From Octopus sinensis (Eukaryota), in assembly GCF_006345805.1 (NCBI RefSeq), contig NC_042997.1, positions 91,636,001-91,700,000 on the forward strand: a stretch of DNA of 64,000 bases. The letters are read 5' to 3'. Position numbers and translations under genes: made by a program. Positions 1 through 14,097 of the stretch are shown here, one piece after another (position 1 is the first letter of the stretch; each line of letters opens with the position of its first letter). The notes below the pieces were generated by a model that saw only the letters and a program-made list of their open reading frames with translations, was not told where the DNA came from and searched no databases.

Positions 1-2168
1 TTATAGAATATTTTACTTTTCAGTAGCAAACTTGTTGATGAAATTTCTACTGTTTTACTTGAGACAACTTTTTAGAGTCAAATTAGTGATGCACTTGAAT
101 TTTCTCTTGGAGTTGCTTCCCTTTATATTTGTTTCTACAATAATTTCCTGGAAATTTACTTGTCAACCTCTGAAATTGTTAAGCTTTATACTATATAAGT
201 AACAGTCATAATTCCTATATCATCTATACATCATGTTGATGTTCATATAGCCATGTAATATATATATACTGTAAAAATCCATGTAATTTGCGCACCTGTG
301 TAATTTACGCAGGAGATTTTCAGGATAAAAATTGTTGAAAAAAAAAAGCTTCTACTCGTGTAAAATTTGTACCCAAAAGTTTTGAGAATTGTTGATATGG
401 CCAGGGGAAAAAAGTTTTCAATTTAGTTGTATTTAACATAATTTCACTTATTTATGATTAGATTTTATTAAATTTTCATTAAATAAAAATAATTTCTGTT
501 TAACAGGTATCATATTGAAATCTGTTAAATTATGAAGTGTTTGTGTTGTTTATAATAAACTTTATTTTACATTTCTTGCCCACAAGAGATTATGTCTGAT
601 CTTTAGCATACTTCTGTATGTCTTCTCAAATCACAATCACAAGAAAAGTTGTTGATAATTCAGATCTATTCCATCTCATGCACAGATTTTTTAATTGATT
701 GTTTTTAACTAAACACTTTGAAAGCAAAGATAAAAGATGAAAATAATACTGGGGCATTGTTTTGTACTTGGATGCCCTTCCTGCCAGCAACCATGCCCTT
801 TTTTCAAGAATGAGACTTTTTTTAGTCAACACATCTTTGAAGGTGTAAAGCTAGTGGACAATTTGCCAGATAAATGACAACAAACTTCACCACTTGTAGC
901 TAAATAGTTTTCATGAGAAGTATTCCAATTGCTATGGCTAACATGCCTTTGACCATAAATTGCTTTACTCTAAAATACTTACACCCAACTGATTTTCTCT
1001 CCTTAAACTAATGTTTGCTTTGTGTTTCATATTTTATGAGAATTCTGATAGAAGTACCAGACAAGATACTGGGGGAGGTAGATGTATTCAACTAAAAGTC
1101 TGAAGGCACTGCTCCAGCATACCCATAGTCCTATGTTTGAAACTGGTAAAAGAAAGAAGAAAAGAATACCTTAAGTCCTCAAACTGCCACATTGCATTCT
1201 TTATGATATAATGCTGAATGTTCTTAGTGAGCAGTGTGTCCCTCAACTATATGGAAAGAGAGTATCTGGGATATAAGCTCTGAAGATTGCACTTAGTCAC
1301 TTGACTGGTTACTTATGTACCATATACATGTGTGTATGTGTGTGTGTGTATATGTGTGTGTGTATGTATGTATGTATGTATGTATGTATGTATGTATGTG
1401 TGTGTGTATGTGTGTGTGTGTGCGCGCATGCATGCATGCATGTATGTCTTTATATATGTGTTTGTGTGTGTGCATGCATATGTGTGTATCTGTGCTTACA
1501 TATGCATATATCCCAAACTCACTCAGCTACAGTTAGCAGCATTGCTGTCAACAGGTCATCAGCAATGACAGCAATGAGTAGAGAACAAGACATTCATCAA
1601 TTTTATAGTACAGAAGTTGCTTCCTAGCAGTGAGCATCCACTACTGCTCACTGCTATAGAATATGCTTTTTTATGTGGTACTTTTAATTCTTATTTACAA
1701 TTACAGTGACTTTAGAATTAAGTTTCTTGATCATAAACATAATGCAATTCAGATGATGAGATGTGAACCATCAATCATTCAGATGACAATCTAATACCCT
1801 ATTAGTTACTGTAGTTTTCACACTATAGCTTAGAAGTAGTGATCTGTTAGTGAGCCCAAATCACTTTTGAGCGTTACTCCACTAAACGTAGCTTGATTAG
1901 ATACTTTGCATGGAAATTGTCAGTCCAATGTTGAGTGTGACCTAAAGTTCCAAGATATAGGATATGTCAAGTTATGATCTGATCTAGAATCATACTGTAC
2001 CCTATTATTCAATACTAATTAGTAATGTGTAGTGTTTCAATTATAGAGTACTTAATTTAGTTTATTGTCGTAGTTTTTTTTTTCCTTTTATTTCTCACTT
2101 TTCCTATGTTAGGGTAATTATAATTGCCCTGGTCTCTGTCATTATATTTCTCTTTCTTTTTCTTGCAG

Positions 2169-2708
2169 TGGTTTGACCATGATTCTCCTGAGTCAATTTC
2201 ATTTCCAGCACCTTATGATCATTCACTGGGTCCTTTTCAAAAATTAATGTTGTTACGATGTTTCCGAGTTGATCGAATCTACCGTGCCATTACACTATAT
2301 GTTACTGAGGTAATGGGAGAGAAATATGTCACACCACCCATTCTCAGTTTTGATTCTATTTATGAACAAAATTCTCCAATGTCACCAGTGGTATTTATCC
2401 TGAGTCCAGGTTCTGATCCAGCCAGTGATCTGATGAAACTTGCTGAAAGAATAGAATTTGCAAGCAACAAGATCAAATTTTTGTCAATGGGACAAGGCCA
2501 GGAGAAAATTGCTCTTCAATATTTAGAGACTGCTATTGCTCGAGGTCAATGGCTTATGCTGCAGAATTGCCACCTTCTGGTGCATTGGCTACTCAAATTA
2601 GAAAAACAACTTGAAAAACTGACTAAACCTCATCCTGATTTCCGTTTGTGGTTAACAACTGAACCCATAGGAAGTTTCCCTATTGGAATATTACAGAGAA
2701 CATTCCAG
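2169..2708 (+). CDS. DNAH10: Axonemal dynein heavy chain (DNAH10-like), internal exon covering the AAA6 region
   Basis: ttgcAG acceptor at 2167-2168 and GT donor at 2709. Translates WFDHDSPE...[12 protein letters not shown]...[11 protein letters not shown]...[12 protein letters not shown]...ILQRTFQ, a typical dynein AAA6 sequence; phase 0/0. Upstream exons lie outside the window. Confidence 0.95.
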
Positions 2709-3100
2709 GTGTGTTACAAACCTCTTTTTATTGTTGATCATTTATAGCGTCATGTTCTTTACAGGTATGTTCCATGCACTCTTAAGAAATTACCTAATTA
2801 TGGAAACCTTAACTATTGCTATGCACGATAGTTCATTCAATTAGCATAAATAATATTCATCCACCTTAATACAATTATAATTTTTTGAGCTATTAACTTC
2901 ATTTTTAGAGATGAAGCATTTTAAAATGTATCTTGATTACATTCCAATGGTTCAATAACCAATCAAAGTCAGGTATATATTGTTTCTGGGTGGCTACAGT
3001 GCACTGAACTGAATTTGAACTAGTAACTTTTATTTCTAAAGTAATAATACACAGAAGATTAGAGCATTTTTACCATTAGTTAAGAAATAATGGTTGTTAA

Positions 3101-3321
3101 CCCTTTCATTACCATATTTATTTTGAGATGCTCTGTGTTTCTTTCAATTATTTAAAATATAACAAAGAATTTAGTAAAATAACTTAGTTATCATTAAGCT
3201 AGTGTTAGTAACATAAATTGTGGCTAAGGTTTGGTGGAAGATTTTAATTCAAGACTTAAGAAAACAAGACACTTGTACTACAGAGCTAGAGGCGGTTTCA
3301 GCCGGGTTGGTAATGAAGGAG
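3101..3321. mobile_element. piggyBac-like MITE
   Basis: TTAA on both flanks; TIRs CCCTTTCATTACC / GGTAATGAAGGAG. Confidence 0.7.
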
Positions 3322-4917
3322 TTAATTGAAATCCAGCTCAGTAATATGGACTGATCTAGGAATAATACAACTAATAACATTGTGTCACACAATTTCTTCA
3401 GCTCGATACATTATATAAATTAAAATAATTTCTAAAATCTTCAACCTTTTATTCTTTAAGAATTTTGAAAGTATCAATGAGAACACCATGATATTTTTTC
3501 ACTTTTAATGTCACTAAGCCAGTTCTGAATTCTTTGATCTGTATTGCGTAGATTTTACAACTTGTAAGCTGCTGATATCTTCACTTTCGTTTTTAGTATT
3601 AAAAATTTCACAGTAAAATAAAAAAATTTTACAGTATAATTTGATAACTAATATGGAAAACATTTTACTGATTATGCCTAACGTCATCGGCTAGAAATTT
3701 TCAAACTTGGCAGGTTCATTTTAAAGTTATCTCCCTTGCATGATAAGCTATATTTTCTGCCTTGGTAGAGACAAGATATTTTTAAATGCTATTGGAAATT
3801 TTACCGGTGAGTGTGTTAAATAATAAGGCACTAAAAGAGAATGACTCTCCCCAGACACAACAGAATTAAATGCTAATGTTTCCCAAGTAATAATAAGTGA
3901 CATGTGTTTCCAACAAGCTACAAACATCAGACAGATGTGCTAAGAAACATCTAACTTTTATATCTAATATTTCAAGTATCAATAATGATTTCCTTTTACG
4001 TACTAAACCAATTATTTACAGTTATTTCATCAACATGAAGTATAGGGAAGGAAAGAGTGCATCATTCTCCCATGGATCAAAATGATAACAAAAAATAATT
4101 TATAACTTTGGTACACGGTCACAAATAACAGTCATCTTAATCTTCTCTTACCATATAATTTGAGAATAAATTATACTTATTTTATAAATAAATTGTACTT
4201 ATTTTATAGACCCCCAGAGGGATAACATGCAAAATTAACTTTAGCAAGATTTGAACTTAAATTTTAAAGTGATGTAAAAAAATTCTTTCTTTCTGCTAAT
4301 TCAATCACCTCCTTTTCAGTAGTTGTAATAATAATTATTATTGCCCACATAATATGATATATTGATTTAATCCCCTGATATTACTATCACTTATGACTCA
4401 GAATATACAGTAAATTATCATTTGTTTGAGATAGAGTATTTTTATACGATAATATAGATTTTAATTCAACATGATAACATAATTTAAAAACTGCTGTATA
4501 ACTTGATGTAAGTATATTTAGGTATACATAGAATATTGCTCATGGTAATTGAGCACCTGAGTGCTTTACTAATAGTCCTTCAGCAAATAAGGAAATCTTG
4601 ATGACTAATAATATTTTAATTAGTCATCTCATTTGTAATCATGTTTGTGAATATCTAGCAAAAATATGTGTGTGATTTAGTTTTGTGCAGCCATGTGTAC
4701 TAAATGAATGTCAAATTGTGAAGGTGAATTTGAAACTGTATTCTCTTCACCGGGTGTTTGTATAAGTTATGTGTGCAAAACAAATCAAAATTGAATAAAT
4801 AATAACAAAGAATGGAAATACAATGAATTACTTGTTGCTGGGAGATGAAATACATATTCAAAATAGTTAAAGTTGAAATGGTTAATTATAATTAAAAAAG
4901 AAAAATGAAATTCTACA

Positions 4918-5115
4918 TTTTTTCACGCACAGAGTTGCTGAAGCATGGAATAAACTGCCTGCGTCAGTTGTTGACTGCCATGACACTGCATCCTTTAAGG
5001 CCCTCATGCTTTCCGAAATCCGCCAAAACTACACCTGATTATATATACACTTTAGATGAGTTGTAGTGCACCTGAGCACTGTACACAATTATTATTATTA
5101 TCATTATTATTATTG
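4918..5115 (+). mobile_element. CR1/L2-type LINE 3' end fragment
   Basis: FFTHRVAEAWNKLPASVV C-terminal motif, then 3'UTR and (ATT)n tail; nearly identical to 10011..10188 in reverse. Confidence 0.8.
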
Positions 5116-6623
5116 CATTACTTGGAAGAATTAACAATATAAAACTGTCCTTGACAACAACTGTTTATATAAATCAGGCATTTTGACCATAGTTCTACTG
5201 ATTTTGGTGTCTTTATTTTCTTGAATTTTGTAGAAAGAAGGGGATTGCCACATTTGTTGTATTTTCTGTCCTTCAGATGTCTTGTGTAAAACATTGGTAA
5301 TAAAGCTGGGTTACTGTTGACTTGATCAATGTTCTATATGACTGACAATTGCTGCATCATAACTGCCATTATTTTTGGCTGAAGTGAATATATAATGGCC
5401 ATCAGTAACAGATAAAGAGACGATGCGTATATAAGAGGGTAAATATTCTGCCAGGGCTATATGAAGGCTAATATCCATGTAAGACAGAATGCTAAACTTT
5501 CTTACAATGACCAAGAGAACCAGTGCAAACAGTAGCTCTGCTGTTTAAACAGTGGTTGAAATTTCTGATTGGCCAAAATGATACAACTGATAAGAAGGAA
5601 ACCAAACTGTCATCTACATGAAATCACTTCACAATCTCATAATGCATTATCATGATGAGATCATCTGTTGCTATGGTTGTGGGTTCTAATGCTAGCTGTG
5701 ATTCTTTATTGAAGTTTTTTTGTATTAATGTGTTGAAGTTACCTATAGATTTACATTAATCCATTTTTTTCAACATCAAATCAGTTTAGAATTATTACTG
5801 TGCTTTTTCTACGTGATAAGGTTTGTGGTTTATACTTTTATTAATTCTCCCTAGGATATTATTTTTGCTAACGAGATCTAGACCATTCTTCACGGGGTTA
5901 TTGCACATGTTGCAGAATTCATTGTAATTATTTAGTATTATAATCTCTTTTATTTGGTATTTTTTAGTTGTTGTTTGTTTGCTTGCTGTTCAGTTATTTT
6001 AACTATGTGTTTGGCTTGCTTAGTGGTGTCCTTGTTTGTGCTTCTGTTATCTTACAAGATTCTATTATGTTGTTACATAGATAGTTATGTATGTTTCCTT
6101 ATTCCTTTTGGGTTTGTTAACAAATTTGTCCACAAGTGAAAACTGGCTGTCTGATAATTCTATTGTTTGTAAATCCATGAATAGGCTATGTTAGAATATA
6201 TTAGGTTTATTCTCAAATTATATGCTTTTGATTGTGTTAACAATATTGTATTTGAATTCATCCACACTTTTGTTCTGTGGTATTGTACATTTTTTGAGAT
6301 CCTTTTGCTGTCTTTATTATTGTAAAAATAGCTATCTACCTTGTTTGTTTGATTTTAATTTCTAACCTTTTAATGAGATATTTGATGTAAAACTTCAAGA
6401 GAATAATGAGAGTGTTTTTTTCACCAAATATAGATGATTTATCTACTTCATGTCATTGGTGTTTCTGTTTTATGTTTATGTATGTTAGTAGTACTAGATG
6501 TGAAAGTAGTTGTTTCCTCTTCCATATACATATTGCAGCCACCTCTAATAAAGCTACTTCTAATAACAAAATTTCCCTTCTCCACTAACATTTGTCTTTG
6601 TTTTCATTGAAATGTGTCCTTAG

Positions 6624-6929
6624 GTTGTAACAGAACCACCAAATGGTCTAAAACTAAATCTTCGAGGAACTTATCACAAAATACCAACAATTGCACTAAC
6701 TGAATGCCTTCACCCAGCATTCACTTCTCTTGTTTTTGTTTTGGCCTTCTTCCATGCTGTGGTCCAAGAACGGCGTAAGTATGGCAAAGTTGGCTGGAAT
6801 GTGCCATATGACTTCAATGAATCAGACTTCCGAGTATGTATGCAGATTCTGAATACCTATTTGACTAAATCCTTAGAGCAGGGTGATCCCAAGATACCAT
6901 GGAACAGTCTCAAGTATTTGATTGGAGAG
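6624..6929 (+). CDS. DNAH10: DNAH10-like exon (end of AAA6 / AAA-lid)
   Basis: cctTAG acceptor, GTAAAG donor. [14 protein letters not shown]...[28 protein letters not shown]...[12 protein letters not shown]; phase 0/0. Confidence 0.95.
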
Positions 6930-8296
6930 GTAAAGTGCTGATTCACTGTTATTTTTCTTTTTTCCATCAGTGTTGTTGAAATAATATCCAAGAAGGTTCT
7001 TTGTCTGAGAAATAAACAGTGACATCTGCCAACTCTTGTAATGAAGCTAGGGCCAAATTGTAATGGCTGTACTGTTACTTTTGATCTGTCAGTGATGTGG
7101 GACATATTGCATAATCAACAACCTGTCCTCTATACCATATTGTCAAGGCTTGGCTCCAATTGAACACCCTCTCTTTGAGAGATAAAACTGAACAATACTA
7201 CAATTCAAACAGCAATAAGGCAACCCACAAGTGTGGTTTGTGTAGCAGAGACTACCATTCTTGTATTGGTCTGCTCAGCCTCAGACGACACTGTTCCAGC
7301 AGGGGGGACAACCATGACATTTATCATCATCATTTAACATCCATTTATCATGCTGGCATGGTTAGGATGGTTTGACAGGAACAGGCAAGTCAGAAAACCA
7401 AACTTTGCTGTCTGTTTTGGCATGGTTTCTACAGCTGGATGTTCTTCCTAATGCCAACCATTTTACAGAGTGTACAGGGTGCTTTTTATGTGGCATCAGC
7501 AGCAGTGAAGTCACCAAGTAACTTGTAGAACAAAGCCCCTCAACTGGGGAGAGTAGTATTCTGGGAGAGAAAAGTTGTCTCGCATTAGAAGAAAAACATG
7601 GCTACCTCATGGTCATTAATAATAGATGGAGGCCTAAGCATATCTTTTGACTAAATCAGTGATTTTCAACTTTTTTTCTATTTGCAGCACCCTGAATGAA
7701 GCGCTTAAGATGTTATAACACATTATCAACTTCATAAAGATTTTATTAAATTTTAAAAAATGAGAACGAAAATAGTTTTAAAACAGTTAAAGGTGCATGC
7801 ATCATATTTTGCCATAAATGAATAAATAAACACCAATGATGTACATGAAAAGTACTCAAGTATTTGAAAGATCTTAGCACTTTCTGACTCACTCCATACA
7901 GTACTCCTGCACACACACACATATGCGTGCATGTACACACACACACACACAAGACATGCCTTTTTTTTAGTATCAGTCTACCAAATCCACTCACAAGGCT
8001 TTGATTGGCCTGGGGCTATAGTAAAAGACACCCAAAATACCATGCAGTGAAACTGAACCTGAAACCATGTGGTTGGGAATCAAACATCTTAATCAATCAT
8101 ACAATTATACCTGTACCTATGTATGAATGAATGAATGAATGAATGAATGAATGATGAATGAATGAATGTATGTATGTATGTATGTATGTATGTATGTATG
8201 TATGTATATGTGTGTGTATGGCTGTATATATATATATATATATATATGTGTATATGTATGTATGTATATGTGTGTGTATGGCTGTATATATATATG

Positions 8297-8328
<32 letters not shown>

Positions 8329-8437
8329 TGTATGTATGTGTCTATATATGTATGTATGTGTGTGCTTAAGTTATAATAATATTGAAATGGAGTATTGTAT
8401 AGCAGAATGCTGGTAATTTCCTGATGTTTTTTTCCAG

Positions 8438-8609
8438 GTGATGTATGGTGGGAGAGCTATTGATAATTTTGACCGAAGGATTCTGAATATTTATATGGAT
8501 GAATATATGGGTGATTTCATTTTTGACACGTTCCAACCATTCCATTTTTTTCGTAACCAAGAAGTGGATTATTGCATTCCAGAACCAGGACCTAAAGACA
8601 ATTATGTTG
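8438..8609 (+). CDS. DNAH10: DNAH10-like exon
   Basis: tttccAG acceptor, GTAAGC donor. VMYGGRAIDNFDRRILNIYMDEYMGDFIFDTFQPFHFF...DNYV; phase 0/1. Confidence 0.95.
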
Positions 8610-8749
8610 GTAAGCAACATTTATCTAACTCAAAAGTATGCGAAGGTAATGGTAAAAAAGAAAGCTCAGTGTGTTTTTGTCATTGTTGTTATTGTGTATG
8701 GTTGTGTTGATGTTTTGTATGGTGATGCTGGTTTGTTGCATTGTTTGTT

Positions 8750-9035
8750 CCTTCTCGAGCCATGCCTGGCTCATAAGGGCCAGTTTCACGGTTTCCTTGG
8801 CGTATCAATTCTCCACCTGGATGGGACGCCGGTCCGTCACAGGTGACCTGCAAGATGCAGGAGGAAAGAGTGAGAGAAAGTTGTGGCGAAAGAGTCAGCA
8901 GAAGTTTGCCATTACCTTCTGCTGGAGCCGCATGGAGCTTAGGTATTTCGCTCAAAAACACATGCATTGCCCGGTCTGAGATTCGAACCCACAATCCCTC
9001 GATCACAAGTCCGCTGCTCTAACCTCTTGGCCATG
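8750..9035 (-). mobile_element. tRNA-derived SINE
   Basis: Pol III A/B-box-like head (tggccaagaggttagagcag...ggttcgaatc); same family as 37736..38035. Confidence 0.8.
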
Positions 9036-9257
9036 TGCGTCCACAGTTTGTTGCATGGAAGTGTTTGTGTGTTATATAGATGTGTTGGTGTATTTCAGGC
9101 TGGTATTGATATCATGTGTGACATTGTTGGTCTGTTGTGTGATAGTAAATATGATATTGCTTTGATGTAAAAGTCTGGAAACTTTCTCTTCTAAAGTGAA
9201 AAAGTAATGATTCTGTAGTAACTTCTTATCATGTCACCTCTGTGCTTTTATTACCAG

Positions 9258-9389
9258 ATTACATTGAATCCTTGCCCTTGATCAACACTCCCGAGGTCTT
9301 TGGTCTTCATCCCAATGCTGAGATAGGTTATTATACCCAAGCTGCTCGGGATATGTGGTTACATCTGATAGAGCTTCAGCCTCAGACAA
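9258..9389 (+). CDS. DNAH10: DNAH10-like exon
   Basis: taccAG acceptor, GTAAGT donor. (D)YIESLPLINTPEVFGLHPNAEIGYYTQAARDMWLHLIELQPQT; phase 1/1. Confidence 0.95.
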
Positions 9390-9514
9390 GTAAGTGTGTA
9401 TACATATATGTATACACTTGCATACATACATACACACATACACACATACATACATACATACATACGTACACACATGCGTACATACATACATATGTACATA
9501 CGTACATACATACA

Positions 9515-9546
<32 letters not shown>

Positions 9547-9594
9547 CACATACATACATACATACATATATACATACATACATACATACATACA

Positions 9595-9625
<31 letters not shown>

Positions 9626-10010
9626 GTATGTACATACATGCATGCATGATCATGATGATTACCTCATCTTGTCAGATGATAGCCATCTCACGTAAGAAAA
9701 AAAACGGAGAAATTAAATGAATAATGAAACATCTGTACGCCATTGGATTTAAGTGACAAAAGTTTGTAGAACGTTTTCACCACTCCCTCAGTCACCATAG
9801 TCGGTTCAATGACAAGCATTGCAAGATAACTGGTATTATTTTGATTGCAAGTTTTGTCAGTATTTTTTTCTAGTAGAGCTGTTTTCCCCATGGCTTTGTC
9901 AAAAACAATGAGAGCATCCTTTATATATATACACACATATACACACTGGTTCAATTTCCACTCATTTACTTATTTATTTTTTCTAAAATTTTTGTTACAT
10001 TTTGCAACCT

Positions 10011-10860
10011 CTTTAATAATAATAATAATAATAATTGTGTACAGTGCTCAGGTGCACTACAACTCATCTAAAGTGTATATATAATCAGGTGTAGTTTTGG
10101 CGGATTTCGGAAAGCATGCAGTGTCATGGCAGTCAACAACTGACGCAGGCAGTTTATTCCATGCTTCAGCAACTCTGAGCATGAAAAAATGTTTCCGAAA
10201 GTCATGGGAGCTGTGTTGTTTTCTGACTTTGTAGGCATGTCCACGTGTGTTAGACACATGGAGATCAAAAAGGTGTTCAGTGTTGTTGTTGGTGAGGTGG
10301 TTGATAACTTTGTGGGTGTTTACCAAGTCCGTCGCCAGACGCCGGAGCTTCAGTGAATCCATGCCCAGGGAAACAAGGCGCTCAGAATATGGTATGTGTC
10401 TGATGGAGGGTATGCGTTTGGTTGCATGTCTCTGGACAGATTCCAGGAGGTCAATGTTCTGAGCAAGATAGGGGTTCCAAACTGAAGTGTGGTCGTACCA
10501 TAGCTGTCTACAGTTTTAAATAGATGGCTGGAGAGCGGCTAACAAAAGTCTTGCTGAGTGATGCCAAGACACCCTTGGCCTTCTTGACAATTTTAGAGAT
10601 ATGCTTTGTCCAATGCAAATCACTGCTGACAGTGATGCCTAGGTCACGCTCGCAAGAGGATTTCTTGATCTCAGTGTTGTGGAGGGTGTATGTGGACGCA
10701 GGGTTTTTTCTCCCAAAATGCATGGTGGTACACTTGTCCACAGCCAGTTTCAGTTGCCAGTCTGTGATCCATTGCTGCATTGTGTCTAGGTCTGATTGCA
10801 GGAAAGAGTTGTAGACATCAGGATCTGTCCTCTTGATTTCAAGGTACAGCTTGATAGACG
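10011..10860 (-). mobile_element. 5'-truncated CR1/L2-type LINE (RT C-terminus plus 3' tail)
   Basis: KLY...LQSDLDTMQQWITDWQLKLAVDKCTTMHFG...ERDLGITVSSDLHW...RGHAYKV...FF.RVAEAWNKLP; stops and frameshifts; (ATT)n tail. Confidence 0.9.
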
Positions 10861-11149
10861 TTGACTCTGTTTGTTATCAGAGCTGCATTATTTTTGTTGT
10901 TTGTTTGTGCACATGTATATGTGTCAGTGTGCATGTTTCAGTGTGTTTATGTGTATGGGTTTGTGTGACTATGTACATGCGTCTGTTATATGTGTGTCTC
11001 CATATGTGTCCTTGTGTGTGTGTGTGTGTGTGTGTGTGTATGGTCACATGTTTCAGCATTCATTTCTGTATGTATGTGTGTGCTTGTCTGTCTGTATTAC
11101 CTATCCAAGCACCTGAAGGTGCTTGGATAAAATGCAGATGCTAATTCCA

Positions 11150-12100
11150 TTCACCAATGTATCAAGGTAACTATAGATTACTCCACTAGGCACCCTAACA
11201 ATAGACCCCCTGTCCTTGATACTAAACTTTGGTTAGAGACTGGACAACAGAGTGCAGCTCCTCCACTCCTCTTACATGAAACCCATAGCTTCTAAATATG
11301 TTGTTCCCAAGAACCCAGCTTTGTCACACAACATGACAATCAACATATTGATAGCAGACTTAGGATAAGTCCCACTATGCAAATCCTATGAAACAAAGGA
11401 ACATGTACAGAACTGCATGCAATTCTCTGGGTATGACCAGAAATATAGGGTTCAGGTGTACAGGGGAGCTAGAAAAAAGTTAGACAGCATATGTGTAATG
11501 AAACTAGTGGTACCTGCCCTAGATATAGAAGTAAAGACTGGAATAGGATACAAAGAATTTGTGACAAAACAAACAGGGTGAACACGTGGTACAAGACCAA
11601 CAAATATCAAGGAGTGATGTTTGTAGGGGCTATAACCCATGGAGAACTAGCCTGAAGATTTAGGAAAGCTCTGAAGGTGGCCAAACTCAACATTAAGATC
11701 GTTGAAAACCCAGGGCACTCCATCAGACCACAACTATGTAGGATGTACCCCTTTGAGAATACCACATGCACCAATGATAACTGCATGGTATGTAAGATTA
11801 ACCCTGGCATTAAATGTAGAATTAGAAATGTAGTCTACAGCTTAAGGTGTATAGAAAGTACTTGTAAAGACAAGAATATGATATACAAAGGTGAGACATC
11901 TAGAAGCATTGCTGAGTGACAAAATGAACATTTAAAACAATATGATGACAAAAAACAGTCCTCTGTACTCTACCAACATGCCAAAGGCCAACATGGAGGC
12001 ACACTGGTCAACTTGACATCTGCATTTTATCCAAGCACACAAAGGATCCAACATGCAGACAAATACAGGAGTATGTCGTCATAAATAAATAATCCCCAGT
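11150..12100 (+). mobile_element. Decayed Penelope-like element (RT C-terminus plus GIY-YIG endonuclease)
   Basis: C..CMVC...KCRIRNVVYSLRC...MIYKGETSRSIAE*..EH matches the PLE GIY-YIG signature; in-frame stops. Confidence 0.8.
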
Positions 12101-13114
12101 TCTAAATAGGAAATATACATGGAAAGTAGGCATACTCCAATACCCACAGTTTATATATACATAGGTAGAGTTGTTAGTAGATGTATATATGTAGATGTAT
12201 ATAAATACAATATATGTAGGTAAATAGAAATGTAAGTAAACAGATAGATAAATAGATAGATAGGTACACAAATAAACAAACAAAAAGAACGCAGCTCTGA
12301 TAATAGACAGAGTCAATGACTATTGAAGAGGTTGCAAGATACAACAAAAATTTTAGAAAAAATAAGTAAATGAGTGGAAATCAAACCGGTGAGTGTGTTA
12401 AGTAATAAAGCACTAAAAGAGAATTACTCTCCCCAGACACAATAAAATATGCTTCAACACACGAATTCACACAAAGAATCTTGCAAACCAAATACAAAAA
12501 TGTAAAAATGTTTCCAAAATGTTTCTAGTTTCCAAAATTTTCCAAAGTCTTTGGTTGATGGGGATATATAATCCAAGCAGGTAACATATGCACTTCTATT
12601 GATTGATAATGCTGGTTAACATTTGTGGACCTATGTACTTTCAATTGGTTAGTTTAACTATTCTTTGTATTTTCTCACACCTGAAAGTACAATTGTTTGT
12701 AAAGAGACTATGCTTTTCAATAGAGGAGAATAGAGAATATCTAATTTTTTATTAAGCAGTCATTTATGACTACTTGATAAAGATTTGGATATTCTCTGTT
12801 TTCTTTAAACTGATTCATTATATATATATATATATAAAATAAACTCAGTACAAGGTAAAACAGTTTCTTTTATAGGGATGGAAAAATTAAAAGAGAATGG
12901 AGATTTACAATTGACATATTTTAAATATAATTTATTAACATAATATATTACAATAAATATAGTATAATATAATATGAATAGAAATACAAATATTAATCCT
13001 ACTAATTGTTTTGATTCATACCCAATAATGAATTTATAAAAAAATCATATTACGGAGATGTACTTGCATAGCAAGTGACTTGATCCAAAATCGTGTGCTG
13101 GAACAAAAACAATT

Positions 13115-13340
13115 GCAGCGTGGAAAGTGTTTATAAGCCATTTAAGAAACACACAAAAACCGTTAGATTCACTTCAACATTTAAATTTAATTTGTCAAAA
13201 TATTTTCGTTGCTTTGAGACCGCGAACAGGTTGCGGTCTCAAAGCGACGAAAATATTTTGACAAATTAAATTTAAAGTCGAAGTGAATCTAACGGTTTTT
13301 GTGTGTTTCTTAAATGGCTTATAAACACCTTCTACGCTAC
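13115..13340. repeat. Fold-back inverted repeat, about 108-bp arms and 9-nt spacer
   Basis: 13115..13223 is the reverse complement of 13233..13340 with about 5 substitutions and 1 indel. Confidence 0.9.
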
Positions 13341-13504
13341 AAAAAAGTCATAGTTATTGGTATGAATCTCTTCAGGGAAATATTTGACAAAATTTGACAA
13401 AATTACATGTAAGGATTGTTAAATCCAAGAATAAACTGCATTAAATATGTTTGTATGTGTGAGCATAAATAATTTTAAAATATAATAAAAATAAAATGAT
13501 AGTG

Positions 13505-13815
13505 AAAGCACATGGCTTAGTGGCTGGGGTGTCAGGCCCACAATCATGAGATAGTGAGTTTCATTCCCAGACTGGGTTGTGTGTTGTGTTCTTGAGCAAG
13601 ACACTTTATTTCACGTTGCTCCAGTTCTCCCAGTTGTAGAAATGAGTTGCAGCATTACTGGTGCCAAGCTGTATTGGCCTTTGCCTTTCTCTTGGATAAT
13701 ATGAGTGACATAGAGGAGGGAAGCTGGCATGTATAAGCAACTGCTGGTCTTCCATAAACAACCTTACCCAGATTTGTGCCTCGGGGGGTAACTTTCAAGG
13801 TGCAATTCTATGGTC
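13505..13815 (+). mobile_element. tRNA-derived SINE (decayed)
   Basis: catggcttagtgg...gtgagtttcattccc head followed by the gtgttcttgagcaagacactttatttcacgttgctccag core also found at 49797..50090. Confidence 0.65.
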
Positions 13816-14097
13816 ATTCATACCCTTTATATATATATTAACTTTTATTAAAGATGCAAAATTATCACAACACTGTTACTCAGAGTTTCACCTTCCCATT
13901 CATTGGATGGTTGTGACACAGCTGTCTGACAAACAGGAACGTAAAACTGAGTATCACTTTTGTGATAATTGTGCAGCTTTAGTAAAAGCACATTACTCTA
14001 CCTTTGATATTTGAGTACAGTTTTTTCCACCTTGTTTTGCACTTATGTGCTCACCTGTATGTGTGTGTGTGTGTTCGTGTGTGTGTGTATATATATC

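Noticed and set aside
1293-1627. [12 protein letters not shown]-type ORFs here and at 8158-8416, 9282-9720, 26197-26716, 50005-50378, 52735-53076 and 61838-62428
   Set aside because: Translations of TG/TA/TGTA microsatellites, not genes.
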